A stretch of 64,000 nt of DNA from a virus (IMGVR_UViG_2974602345_000001:13332-77331); one strand, 5' to 3'. Counted from the stretch's first letter, positions 25,624 through 34,613 are shown. Program-made: numbers and translations. The notes: a model not told the origin generated them from the sequence alone.

Positions 25624-26313
25624 TTATACAGCGTTGAACAGAGACATCACATCAGGTTCAACGAAGCAGGCTGGCTTCATGATCTTGCCAGTGCCGTTCT
25701 GGTTGCGGAAGGAGACGCGCTTGATGCCGTTCACCTCAACAACGCTGTGCGCAACGTGGGTTTGAACACGGTTGTCCTCAATCCAGCGGCACTCAGCATC
25801 GTAGTCGACGCCCTCTTGGAACTCAGGGAACTTGCTCCAGTTGCTGCGCATGACTTCGTCAACCACAGCATGCATGTCAACGCCGTACCAGGACTCGATC
25901 AGCTCCATCAGGGTCCACAGGGCGCTCATGGCCTCTTCGAGTTCACCGACGGTTTCGGAGTACAGGTTGTGACCCGAGATCACAGTGGAAACGAAGATGA
26001 GCGCCTGTTGGCGTTGGCGGGCTTCGGTAACAACCTCTTCCTCAAACACGTCATGGAGTTCGAAGTCGTTTTGGAAGCCTCCACGTACCAGGAAGTACTT
26101 GTAGGCCAGGGTAACGAAGATGTCACCGGCACCATCAAACAGCTCTTTGATGTTCTTCGTGGACGCGGCAGCGATGGTTTCCATGATCTCCTCATGGACG
26201 TACTCAGCCTGCTTGTTGATAACCGACTGGTCGAACGAGTGGGTCATGTTGCGAGCCACTGCGTTCCAGTCGATGACGTTTTGGATTTGACGGTTGAATT
26301 CGATCAGGTTCAT
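25624..26313 (-). CDS. MazG-like all-alpha NTP pyrophosphohydrolase
   Basis: EEIMET...ELFDGAGDI and VVDEVMRSNWSKF...GKIMKP motifs. Confidence 0.8.
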   Translation of the reverse strand: MNLIEFNRQIQNVIDWNAVARNMTHSFDQSVINKQAEYVHEEIMETIAAASTKNIKELFDGAGDIFVTLAYKYFLVRGGFQNDFELHDVFEEEVVTEARQRQQALIFVSTVISGHNLYSETVGELEEAMSALWTLMELIESWYGVDMHAVVDEVMRSNWSKFPEFQEGVDYDAECRWIEDNRVQTHVAHSVVEVNGIKRVSFRNQNGTGKIMKPACFVEPDVMSLFNAV

Positions 26314-26316
26314 TCT

Positions 26317-26955
26317 TTATAGGTCCAGGGTAATGATGTCAAAGACATAGGGGTTTTCGAGGGTTTTGAACTCGCCGATAGTGGCAAGTCCACTTTTGCC
26401 AACGGCGAAGAACTTGTTGGCAGGTAGCGACTGCGATCCTTCAAACTTCACGCTACTGAAGTTCATCTGCTTGTCATAGAACAGAGGGGAAATCTCGTTC
26501 CTGAAGACAAACATGGATCCCGTGTATGTGCTCACCAGCACACAGGCGAAGCTGCCGTTGATCTCCGACAGGTTGTCCAGCCACTGACCTTTAGGTTGAC
26601 CCAACTCCTCCAACAGCAGTCGAGTGTCCCAGCCAGTCTCCATGCCATGTTTAGCCTGGAGGCGCTTGACGTCGAAGTCCTTGATGATACCGTTGTGCCA
26701 CAGCATAGCACCTGTGGCGGGCTGGATTGCAGGATGGACAGAATCCATCCCACGTTCAGCAGTCGTTGGCGCCTGTACATGGCAGATGCTGTAGTTACCA
26801 TCAACTACAACACTTGGGTCAAACTCACCAAAACGTTTGGTGAGCTCACCAGTCACACGGTCATACACACTGAAGCTGTGAGAACCGCGGTACTGGTTCA
26901 ACGACGCCAGCTTAGCCAGCGTCTCCTTGTTTGAACTACTGAAGATCCCGCACAT
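26317..26955 (-). CDS. class II (Ntn) glutamine amidotransferase
   Basis: True start MCGIF (catalytic Cys2) at 26955; RG, HVQAPT, HPA, HNGII, D.R.L motifs. Confidence 0.85.
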   Translation of the reverse strand: MCGIFSSSNKETLAKLASLNQYRGSHSFSVYDRVTGELTKRFGEFDPSVVVDGNYSICHVQAPTTAERGMDSVHPAIQPATGAMLWHNGIIKDFDVKRLQAKHGMETGWDTRLLLEELGQPKGQWLDNLSEINGSFACVLVSTYTGSMFVFRNEISPLFYDKQMNFSSVKFEGSQSLPANKFFAVGKSGLATIGEFKTLENPYVFDIITLDL

Positions 26956-26966
26956 GGCGAAGTACC

Positions 26967-27719
26967 TTACTTGTTGATGAGGGCTTTCCACGGCAGGTCG
27001 ACTGCGTATGGAATCTCGTCCACCAGGCCCACTTTGGCGAAGTTGGCGATGCGTTCAGCGCAGCTTGGGCACTTGGCGCAGCTCACACCATCCACCGGGT
27101 CGTAGCAGGTCAGGGTGTTCTTGAGCAGGTTAGCATTGCCATCGAGCTCTTGCAGGATTGCGATTTCCTGGGCCTTGTTGACACCCTGCCATGGAGCATG
27201 AACCTTGATGTTGTGCACCCGGTTCTGCTTGATGACGTCGTTCATCGCTTGGATGAACGCTGGGGTGGTGTCCCAGTAGCTGTATTCATCCTGTGCCTGG
27301 ACACCAGTGAAGATGACCTGCAGGCGATTGGCCTGCGCATACGACGCTGCTACCATGATCAGGATGCTGTTACGGAACGGCACCTCGGTCACAGGAGCAG
27401 GGTCGCCCAGGATGTCACGGATGGTAGGCATTGCCTGGCCGCCCACGATGTTTGCGCTCACGCCACGCACCATGTCGCCTAGGAAGGTAATGTCTACCAG
27501 GGTGTGCTTGGCCAGGCCCAGGGTGGCACTGTTTTGCTGTGCTTTGTCGAGCTCGATGCTCTGCTTCTGGCCGTAGTAGAAGCTCAGAGCATGGACGTTC
27601 TCTTTGCCGTACTTCTCAACAGCGAGACGGGCAGCGATAGTGCTGTCCATACCGCCGCTCATCACTACAACGGCACCGGTGCCGTTCGGGCATGCTTGGA
27701 GGGCTTGCGTCAGGTTCAT
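26967..27719 (-). CDS. queC: 7-cyano-7-deazaguanine synthase
   Basis: MSGGMDS, FYYGQK, VPFRNSI, TLTCY...CAKCPSCAER. Confidence 0.95.
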   Translation of the reverse strand: MNLTQALQACPNGTGAVVVMSGGMDSTIAARLAVEKYGKENVHALSFYYGQKQSIELDKAQQNSATLGLAKHTLVDITFLGDMVRGVSANIVGGQAMPTIRDILGDPAPVTEVPFRNSILIMVAASYAQANRLQVIFTGVQAQDEYSYWDTTPAFIQAMNDVIKQNRVHNIKVHAPWQGVNKAQEIAILQELDGNANLLKNTLTCYDPVDGVSCAKCPSCAERIANFAKVGLVDEIPYAVDLPWKALINK

Positions 27720-27728
27720 GTGTGGTCC

Positions 27729-28673
27729 TTATTGACGTGCAGTCTTGAACTGCATGGTGTTGATGTCTGTCAGCTGAGCGAACTCGTCCAGCGCGTTGAA
27801 GCTGGTTGCGCGGACTGGGTTGATGTCGATGCCGCCGCGGCGAGTGTACAGCGCACCTACAGCGATGTCAGTGCCGCGTGGCAGCAGGTCGTACAACCGC
27901 TTGAACACGCACTCTACGATCTCTTCATGGAAGTGGCTTTCGTTGCGCATGCTGACGATGTATTGTAGCACAGAACGCTCAACCAGTTGTGATGGGCCTT
28001 TGACGAAGATGTAAATGTCACCCCAGTCAGGTTGGTTAGTAATCTGACAGTTACTGCGCAGGGCATTGGTAGTGATACGCTGAACGGACGAAGTGCTAAC
28101 ACCGGGGCTTACTTCAAGCAGTCCAGGGTTCTCATTGAAGTCGTTGAACACGACAGATTGCATATGAATACCGTGTTCGATACGACGGTACTCCTCATGC
28201 AGATGGTTCTTCTTGCTGCTTGCAGAGTCCCAGTAGGCGAAGAACTTCACCGACACTGCACAGTCGAGTAGCTCACCCAGGTGGGTTTCAACTGTCTGCT
28301 GAATGACTTCGATCACATCATCAACAGAGTCTGCCAGGCGATCCATGTTGAAGCTGTTCAGGAACAACTTGAGTGACTTCGACTCAACGATGGACGGGCT
28401 GTTGGCTGGGTACTTGATCTTCAGCACGCCCGACACAGGGTAGCCGTTGGTGGTCAGAGCCGAGACTTCGTAGCAGTTCCATACATCGAAGCCGATGAAT
28501 GGCAGGTTGTCTTCAGCGATGTTGTAGTCTGTGCGGTTCAGGTGACGCGGCACCGCCACCAGCAGGCTCGGGTCGATGGCGTCAGGGGTCTGGTACGGGT
28601 TCACTACCGAGCCATCACCTGCTTTGCCCAGGTGGACACCAGCCAGCTTGCGGATTTCACTTTGGTTTGACAT
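27729..28673 (-). CDS. queF: NADPH-dependent preQ0 reductase, bimodular (E. coli type)
   Basis: VESKSLKLFLNSFN QueF motif, catalytic SNCQITNQPDWG, HFHEE, YTRRGGIDINP. Confidence 0.93.
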   Translation of the reverse strand: MSNQSEIRKLAGVHLGKAGDGSVVNPYQTPDAIDPSLLVAVPRHLNRTDYNIAEDNLPFIGFDVWNCYEVSALTTNGYPVSGVLKIKYPANSPSIVESKSLKLFLNSFNMDRLADSVDDVIEVIQQTVETHLGELLDCAVSVKFFAYWDSASSKKNHLHEEYRRIEHGIHMQSVVFNDFNENPGLLEVSPGVSTSSVQRITTNALRSNCQITNQPDWGDIYIFVKGPSQLVERSVLQYIVSMRNESHFHEEIVECVFKRLYDLLPRGTDIAVGALYTRRGGIDINPVRATSFNALDEFAQLTDINTMQFKTARQ

Positions 28674-28685
28674 CTATATCTCCAG

Positions 28686-30011
28686 TTAGGCACACATCAG
28701 ATCGAGTGTTACATTGTATTGGGTCTGCTGCATCGAGTCAACGCGCATGATACGGTTAGACTCAACATACTTAGCATAGGTTTTGAACCAGTGCTCGAAG
28801 TCAGCAGGGGTGTTGACGTTGGCAAGTTGCATCAGAGGCTTGATGGCCTTGAGGTTCTTCTTGCTCATCACCGTCCAGTAGTGTTCAGGGTCCTTCTGAC
28901 ACTTCACCACGTTGCCCATGAAGTTTTCGGTACAGACCATGATACTGAAGATGTACGTCAGGTTGGCCGCGATGGTCTTCTCAACGTCCTTGTCATACTC
29001 ACCCAGGTGAGTGGTAGTCGTGATGTTTTCAACCACGTGCGACAGGTAGTCGTCAAAGGAGATCTTCAACGGATAGTACTGGCAGATGAGGTCATAGACC
29101 CGTTTGAAGTACTTGATGTTGGAGCGGTTGGCAGTCTTGCCCAGCTTTTCAACACGACCACGCTCGTTGGTGAACCGACCCATCATCAGAGCGCTGGTAT
29201 GAGTGGTTGAGTCGAACGAGATGTGAGCATCAGTGAACAGTGTGCCGCGGCTCAGTTCAATGATAGGCACCAGGCGGCTCAGGCTGCCGATACCCAAGAA
29301 GTGGATGTTCTTCTTGATGCGGTCAGGGATGTTCATCAGCGGAACGGATGCACACATCTCCACCGTTTCGAGGATGCCGTTACCGATACAGGTATCCGCC
29401 AGCGCGATGCCGTGTACGCCTTCCTTGAGGTCGTCGTCAACTTCATCGTAGGCGAACTCAGCCCACTGGGCGAAGTCGAACCGGTTGTTGCCCTGAACAA
29501 TCATCATCACTTTGGCAGAGGAGTTCATCTCCTTGAAGCACCGAAGCTGTTCGTTGATGTTGCGACCAGTAGCACGCGCCTTGGCTTCCATCTCCTCCAC
29601 GACGTAAATCTTGTTGTCGATGGATGTACGGTTCGACTTGGTGTTGCTCCCTTCCATCACATGCAGAGGGATTTCGTCGAAGCACATGGCGATGTCGCCG
29701 TAGGTACCTTGGGTCTTGTAGATCTGACGCTTCAGCTCAGGCGTGATGGGCAAGCCACGAGTGATAACCTGCAGGCCGCCCGAGTCCACATGGACTGCGC
29801 TGAAATGGCCACGGAAGTTGTCGTGAATCTTGGGCCCGAACCCTTGCTCGACGTAGGCGTTGAACAGGCCACCAACCAGGTACTCACCATTCTTGTTGAC
29901 GTCACTCAGCAGTCGCTGTGTCGCCTCAACGTTGGACGGTGAAGTGTAGAAGTTGTTTGCCATGATGCGGCTCATTCCGAGACCGCTGTGGATGTATTCA
30001 AAGATCATCAA
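28686..30011 (-). CDS. dpdA: TGT-family 7-deazaguanine transglycosylase (DpdA-like)
   Basis: VDSGGLQ, AMCFDE, IVQG, HFLGIG, SFDSTT TGT motifs; no tRNA-TGT CxCxxC zinc site seen; sits inside the preQ pathway cluster. Confidence 0.8.
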   Translation of the reverse strand: MMIFEYIHSGLGMSRIMANNFYTSPSNVEATQRLLSDVNKNGEYLVGGLFNAYVEQGFGPKIHDNFRGHFSAVHVDSGGLQVITRGLPITPELKRQIYKTQGTYGDIAMCFDEIPLHVMEGSNTKSNRTSIDNKIYVVEEMEAKARATGRNINEQLRCFKEMNSSAKVMMIVQGNNRFDFAQWAEFAYDEVDDDLKEGVHGIALADTCIGNGILETVEMCASVPLMNIPDRIKKNIHFLGIGSLSRLVPIIELSRGTLFTDAHISFDSTTHTSALMMGRFTNERGRVEKLGKTANRSNIKYFKRVYDLICQYYPLKISFDDYLSHVVENITTTTHLGEYDKDVEKTIAANLTYIFSIMVCTENFMGNVVKCQKDPEHYWTVMSKKNLKAIKPLMQLANVNTPADFEHWFKTYAKYVESNRIMRVDSMQQTQYNVTLDLMCA

Positions 30012-30060
30012 CGACTCCTAACGTGATGGTGAGACACCTCACCATCAACGTCACCATTGG

Positions 30061-30747
30061 TTACTTGGACTTGTTGACGATGCCGTAGAACTCGGCGCGG
30101 ACTTGTGCGTCGTCATGGAACAGACCACCCAGCTTCACGGTGCTGGTCGAGGAGTTGGAGTCACCCACACCACGAGCCTTCACACAGTAGTGAGTGCCGT
30201 TGATGAACACAGCGATGTCATCGGTTTCCAGGATGAACTGCAGAGCGTGGTAGATCTGCATGGTCAGGCGTTCAGCTTCCTGCGGACGGCGGCTGAAGAA
30301 CTCAACCACGCGGTTGATCTTCGACAGACCGATCACCTTGTCCTTCGGGATGTAGGCGACAGTAGCCAGGCCGTCGATGGTCACTAGGTGGTGGGAGCAC
30401 AGCGACATCGAGGACACATCGTGTTCAACCACCATGCCAGCCGACTTGAACTTGTTCTCGAAGCACATCACTTTCGGGAAGTTGTTGTAGTCCAGACCCG
30501 ACATGGTTTCCTTGACCCACATCTTCGCGACACGCTGATGGGTGTCTTGAACGGAGTCGTTGGTCATGTCGAAGCCCAGGGTCTGCAGGATCTCCAGCAT
30601 GTGGCCGGCGATGATCTCCTGCTTCTGGTCAGCAGTGGTGCTGTGGTAGACGTCGAAGTCGATCGGACTTTCCACGTTGTGCTTTGCCAGGTGTGCCTTG
30701 ATCTGTTGGCCCAGTGCTGCGTCTTTCTTTCCACTCATATACTTCAT
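30061..30747 (-). CDS. folE: GTP cyclohydrolase I
   Basis: THQRVAKM, SLCSHHL, VIGLSKINR, RRPQEAERLT, HYCVKARG. Confidence 0.96.
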   Translation of the reverse strand: MKYMSGKKDAALGQQIKAHLAKHNVESPIDFDVYHSTTADQKQEIIAGHMLEILQTLGFDMTNDSVQDTHQRVAKMWVKETMSGLDYNNFPKVMCFENKFKSAGMVVEHDVSSMSLCSHHLVTIDGLATVAYIPKDKVIGLSKINRVVEFFSRRPQEAERLTMQIYHALQFILETDDIAVFINGTHYCVKARGVGDSNSSTSTVKLGGLFHDDAQVRAEFYGIVNKSK

Positions 30748-30818
30748 TACCTTTTGGTTGAGGAATAGTTTAAGACGGGGCTGCCGAAGCAGCTTCCCGT
30801 CTTCAAAATTTCTGACCC

Positions 30819-30826
30819 TATTTAGT
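30819..30826 (-). promoter_or_regulatory. late promoter ACTAAATA followed by a UUCG hairpin, upstream of folE
   Basis: Octamer, then GACGGG-AAGCTGC-TTCG-GCAGC-CCCGTC (~30774-30801). Confidence 0.6.
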
Positions 30827-30831
30827 CGGTG

Positions 30832-31377
30832 TTACGCCTTTGCATCGGCCTCTGCGGCAGCTGCTTTCTTGGCGTCACGACGAACTTCACAGATCAACAC
30901 GTAGAACGCGGACTTCTTGATCGGTTCAGCACCCATCTCAGCGGCGAGCTCGTTTGCACGAGTATACAGATCCGCGGTTGGGGCGTCAAGACCCAGCTCC
31001 TTACCGGCGTTGCGGATGCATTCCATACGGCCGTTGCGAGCGCGGAAACCACGTGGGCCAGGCACTTCAGGCTGTGCAGATGCTGCGTCGTTTACCAGCG
31101 GAGTGGTCTTTGGCACAGGCGCTGGCATCACAGCGATTGGAGTGACAGCAGGCTTGACCAGCGGCGCAGTGGTAGGCTTCGCTTTGGCGGCAGGCTTCTT
31201 CTCAGCCTCGACGATGCGCTTGGCTTCGTCCCAGTAAGCGGTCTTGGCGCGGCGCACAGTGCTTTCGCTGACGCCGAACTTGGCCGACAGGCCTTTGATA
31301 GTGGCTTCAGGGTTCTTGATAGCGGCCAGGGCGATGTCCAGCTTGATTTTGTCGTCGATGGTCTTGACTGCGTTCAT
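30832..31377 (-). CDS. early HTH protein with Ala/Lys/Pro linker and conserved C-terminal domain
   Basis: TIKGLSAKFGVSESTVRRAK HTH; C-domain GFRARNGRM...KKSAFYVLICEVRR. Confidence 0.75.
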   Translation of the reverse strand: MNAVKTIDDKIKLDIALAAIKNPEATIKGLSAKFGVSESTVRRAKTAYWDEAKRIVEAEKKPAAKAKPTTAPLVKPAVTPIAVMPAPVPKTTPLVNDAASAQPEVPGPRGFRARNGRMECIRNAGKELGLDAPTADLYTRANELAAEMGAEPIKKSAFYVLICEVRRDAKKAAAAEADAKA

Positions 31378-31430
31378 GATGTATTCCTTCTTCACTGTGT
31401 TTGGTAAGTGTTACTGCTTTGTATGGATGT

Positions 31431-31459
31431 AGTTTAAGTGCTACCACTACCTGTGTCAA
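31431..31459 (-). promoter_or_regulatory. early promoter TTGACA-17-TAAACT
   Basis: tgtcaa 31454-31459, agttta 31431-31436. Confidence 0.85.
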
Positions 31460-31548
31460 CAGAAGATTGTAAAATTTTCCAAAATATTTTGCAGTCAAAG
31501 CAAAGGGCCCGTATTTGGGCCCTTTGAGGGGTGTTGCTGGTGGTCAGG

Positions 31549-32043
31549 TTATGCCAGTTCTTTGCGGACTTCGCTGACCAGGGTGTAAAATGCAGTCTTG
31601 TTGATCTCCTTGAGACCGCGCTGTTTCGACACTTCGTTAACCTTGTCCAGGAGTTCCTGGGTAGGTGTACCGACGCCCATTGCGTTGACGACTGCGCGGA
31701 TGATATCCATCCGGCCGTTGCGTGGGCGGAAGCCCTTATCGTCAGGCTTGGAAGGCGCCTTGCCTGCAGCCGCTTTACCTGCTGGAGTAGCCAGGTACTC
31801 GTCGATCTTGGCCAGTAGCGCAGTGTTGCCGTCGCCAGCTGGCTTGTTGGACTGCTTTGCAGCAGCCTTCGTGGTAGACTTGGCATTGGCCGCCGGCTTT
31901 GCAGGAGTAGCTGCCGGTTGAGCCTTGTTGCCGTCCTGGATGGCCTTGAGATCAGCCTTTTCCATGTCTTGCAGGAGTTTGATTGCGGCCAGGGCGTTTT
32001 TGACAATTTCAGCGCGTTCAGCGTTATCAGTGATCTGTTTCAT
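31549..32043 (-). CDS. paralog of the 30832-31377 protein (shared C-terminal domain)
   Basis: GFRPRNGRM...NKTAFYTLVSEVRK. Confidence 0.75.
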   Translation of the reverse strand: MKQITDNAERAEIVKNALAAIKLLQDMEKADLKAIQDGNKAQPAATPAKPAANAKSTTKAAAKQSNKPAGDGNTALLAKIDEYLATPAGKAAAGKAPSKPDDKGFRPRNGRMDIIRAVVNAMGVGTPTQELLDKVNEVSKQRGLKEINKTAFYTLVSEVRKELA

Positions 32044-32278
32044 GATAGTATTCCTCAGATAATGAACGAGTTAAGTGTTGGCTAAACCGTTGATAACCTT
32101 GGGTTACTCTTCGAAAACACACTACACGACGAACCCTACTTCCCTTGCATCCTGTTTCTAGCCTACGAACAAATACTAGTACAGGTAACACCAAGGTGTA
32201 AAGCACTTTTGTATAAAACTTACAGCCATGCCAAAACGGCAGCGAACTAGGCTGCCGTGGCGGTTGAGCGAGGTGTTG

Positions 32279-32881
32279 TCAGTGTTCGCGGTTGATAAGC
32301 TCAAGCAAACTGACAGGAGAGTTGAACTGCCAACGCGGGCACATAGGCAGAAGGTCAAACCCTTCTGACATGTAGTAGTGCTTGTTCATCTCGTTCATGC
32401 GGTCTGCGGTCTTGCGGTCGATAGTGACAAACGCACTGTTACGCTCATGCTCGCGACACTCAACCTTCGACACATAGCACCGCCCTTGAGTGATACTATT
32501 AATGTACATGTTGACGTGTTCAAGGATGAACAGCGACGACATCTCCATCGACACGCCGTAGGGCAGGACGCGCAGGGTACCCAGCAGGCCGCCCGCTTGG
32601 GTCATGCTTTCAGGGATGTCTTGCACGCGCTTGTCGTTGGCCGGCAGAACGGTCGTGTGGTCGAAGTAGTACTCCAGCCACTCCTTGACCTTCTTCAACT
32701 CGCCGAACGCGACGATCCAGCCATATTCGTCCACTTGGCCAGAGAACGTCAGGGTCACAGAGCGGTCATAGCCATGAATGCTTGCGCACTCGCCTGGGCT
32801 ACCATCAGGCTCCAGGTCGAACCACTGCGCATGAGCGCAAGGAAGGTTCACAAACGACTTCGTGCTGTGTACTTCGAGCAT
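32279..32881 (-). CDS. queD: 6-carboxytetrahydropterin synthase
   Basis: CAHAQW...CASIHGY, FGELKKVKEWLE..FDHT, ECREHERNSA. Confidence 0.92.
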   Translation of the reverse strand: MLEVHSTKSFVNLPCAHAQWFDLEPDGSPGECASIHGYDRSVTLTFSGQVDEYGWIVAFGELKKVKEWLEYYFDHTTVLPANDKRVQDIPESMTQAGGLLGTLRVLPYGVSMEMSSLFILEHVNMYINSITQGRCYVSKVECREHERNSAFVTIDRKTADRMNEMNKHYYMSEGFDLLPMCPRWQFNSPVSLLELINREH

Positions 32882-33138
32882 CAATGTTTCTCCTGCTTGT
32901 CGAGATCCAGGTTCTTTCTCATCATACCCAGATACATTTTGATGAATGCGGCGAGGCCAAGGGCTGTGCCCAGTCCAGTGAAGAACAGGGCTTGCCAGTC
33001 TTGCTTATCGTATGCGAGCCAGACCCAGCATACGTCAGCCAGAAGATACGTCGCCACGGCTTGATAGACTTTGCCCTTGAAGGACAGGAAGGCACCGATA
33101 GACATCATGATGCCGCCCAGGGTTGCAATGGTAAACAC
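32881..33138 (-). CDS. small 3-TM membrane protein (PnuC/SemiSWEET-like half unit?)
   Basis: Three hydrophobic helices; translationally coupled between queE and queD. Confidence 0.55.
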   Translation of the reverse strand: MFTIATLGGIMMSIGAFLSFKGKVYQAVATYLLADVCWVWLAYDKQDWQALFFTGLGTALGLAAFIKMYLGMMRKNLDLDKQEKH

Positions 33139-33141
33139 TGC

Positions 33142-34026
33142 TTATCGTCCGATCTGATCGTCGCCCCAGATGAGCACGTGAACCCGAGGGCTGACGTTCC
33201 ACTGGTACTCACGAATGGCTTTGTCAGCAATGCGGCCCACTGCAGGGTCAGACTGTTGCCCGACGTTGGCGCCCACCGGCATCACCCACACTTCAACGTC
33301 AGTGTACTCAGGGTAAGGCTCAGCCTTGAGTGCATTGACAATCCACAGGGCTTGGTCCCATGCGCGCTGGTCTTCGTTCAGCACGAACTTCAGGTAACTG
33401 CGCGGGCAGAGCTCGACATAGTCCGCCATCAGGTCGATATGGATAGCCTTCTTCGGCTGTTCACCCGCCACGTGGAGCAGTTTTGGCGACATTGAGAAGT
33501 ACACCAGCACCTCTCTGTCCTGCAGCGCTCGGATAGCCGCTTTCAGCTCAGGGCGCAGGGCTTGGGTCACGTTGGTCTCGAAGCCGACCCACGCAGGGTA
33601 GTCCTCATCTTCGATCCAGAAGTTGATGATCTCAGCCAGGGCCGGCTGTTGCATCAGAGGTTCACCGCCAGTGAAGACGTGGCCGATGACACCATCAAAG
33701 GTGTTCTTTGGCGTGGTTGCACGGATTTCAGTTGCCAGCTCACGGGTCGTCTTGTTCAGCACCAGGTGCTTGAACTGGGCGCTCCAGCTGTATGCACTGT
33801 CACAGCCAGTGCTGGGCAGTGGGATGTGGTTGATGTCCGTGATGTTCTTCACGTCAATCAGCGGAAACTGTGGTTCCCAGGTCTCTGGGTTGCCTGGTTC
33901 TACTTGACCGAAACCGCGGCACTGCAAGGAGCAGAGAAAGGTCCGCAGCCAGGTGCAGAGCTTACCCGTGTTCACGGCCTCGCCCTGGATCGAGTAGAAC
34001 ATCTCGGTGTACTTTACGTTCTTCAT
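33142..34026 (-). CDS. queE: 7-carboxy-7-deazaguanine synthase (radical SAM)
   Basis: EMFYSIQGE, CSLQC...CDSAYSW, FTGGEPL, FETN, SMSPKL, SPRVHVLIW. Confidence 0.93.
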   Translation of the reverse strand: MKNVKYTEMFYSIQGEAVNTGKLCTWLRTFLCSLQCRGFGQVEPGNPETWEPQFPLIDVKNITDINHIPLPSTGCDSAYSWSAQFKHLVLNKTTRELATEIRATTPKNTFDGVIGHVFTGGEPLMQQPALAEIINFWIEDEDYPAWVGFETNVTQALRPELKAAIRALQDREVLVYFSMSPKLLHVAGEQPKKAIHIDLMADYVELCPRSYLKFVLNEDQRAWDQALWIVNALKAEPYPEYTDVEVWVMPVGANVGQQSDPAVGRIADKAIREYQWNVSPRVHVLIWGDDQIGR

Positions 34027-34610
34027 GCAACTCTCCGACGTGAAAGGAGGCTATTGTAAACGCCCCGTGGATCGTCCAACAAGTGGTTCCACGACTTGAT
34101 GGTGGATAGCAGGAAAACTGGTTCCACTGTTTGAGCGTATGCACTTTCAAACAGGATGGGCGCTATACCTACCTTGGCGCAGGCGTTGAGGTTTTCAACG
34201 CGATCATCAACCAGCATGTCGATGCGGGCGAAGTCCTTCTGTTTAGTACAGACGAGAGCATCAGCGAACGGGAAGTGGCGGTCCAGGAAATGACGTTTAC
34301 TGTCATAGTGGTCGCCGGTCAGGATCGTCACGAAGACGATGTGGTGTTGCTTGCTCAGCTGGCGCAGTACTTCAACCGCACCCTCCTTGGGCTCCATGAA
34401 GTCGTACAGATCACGCTGGCCCCAGTAGCGCATGATCTGCGCGTCCGTCAGCTCAGGATAGATCTTGCTGAAGTCGTAGGGCACGTGGCCCATCCGCTCC
34501 GTCACGATCTCGTGGTTCAGGTTGAGGCCGGAGAGCATATTGCAATGCTCGAACAGACCGCTGTCACTATCAACAACGGTCAAATCAACGTCTACACCGA
34601 TAATCGCCAT
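34023..34610 (-). CDS. 5'(3')-deoxyribonucleotidase (HAD)
   Basis: IGVDVDLTVVD, MLVDDRVENL. Confidence 0.8.
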   Translation of the reverse strand: MAIIGVDVDLTVVDSDSGLFEHCNMLSGLNLNHEIVTERMGHVPYDFSKIYPELTDAQIMRYWGQRDLYDFMEPKEGAVEVLRQLSKQHHIVFVTILTGDHYDSKRHFLDRHFPFADALVCTKQKDFARIDMLVDDRVENLNACAKVGIAPILFESAYAQTVEPVFLLSTIKSWNHLLDDPRGVYNSLLSRRRVA

Positions 34611-34613
34611 GGG

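Noticed and set aside
20398-26322. Long plus-strand ORFs (e.g. 20398-21483, 23164-24780, 24952-26322; likewise 5907-6818, 50462-51919, 56152-57240)
   Set aside because: They are exact antisense shadows of well-identified minus-strand genes. GC3-rich codon usage suppresses antisense stops, and there are no motifs or SD sites.
30748-32278. preQ1 riboswitch upstream of que genes
   Set aside because: I found no class I-III signature in the leaders of folE, queD or queE by eye.
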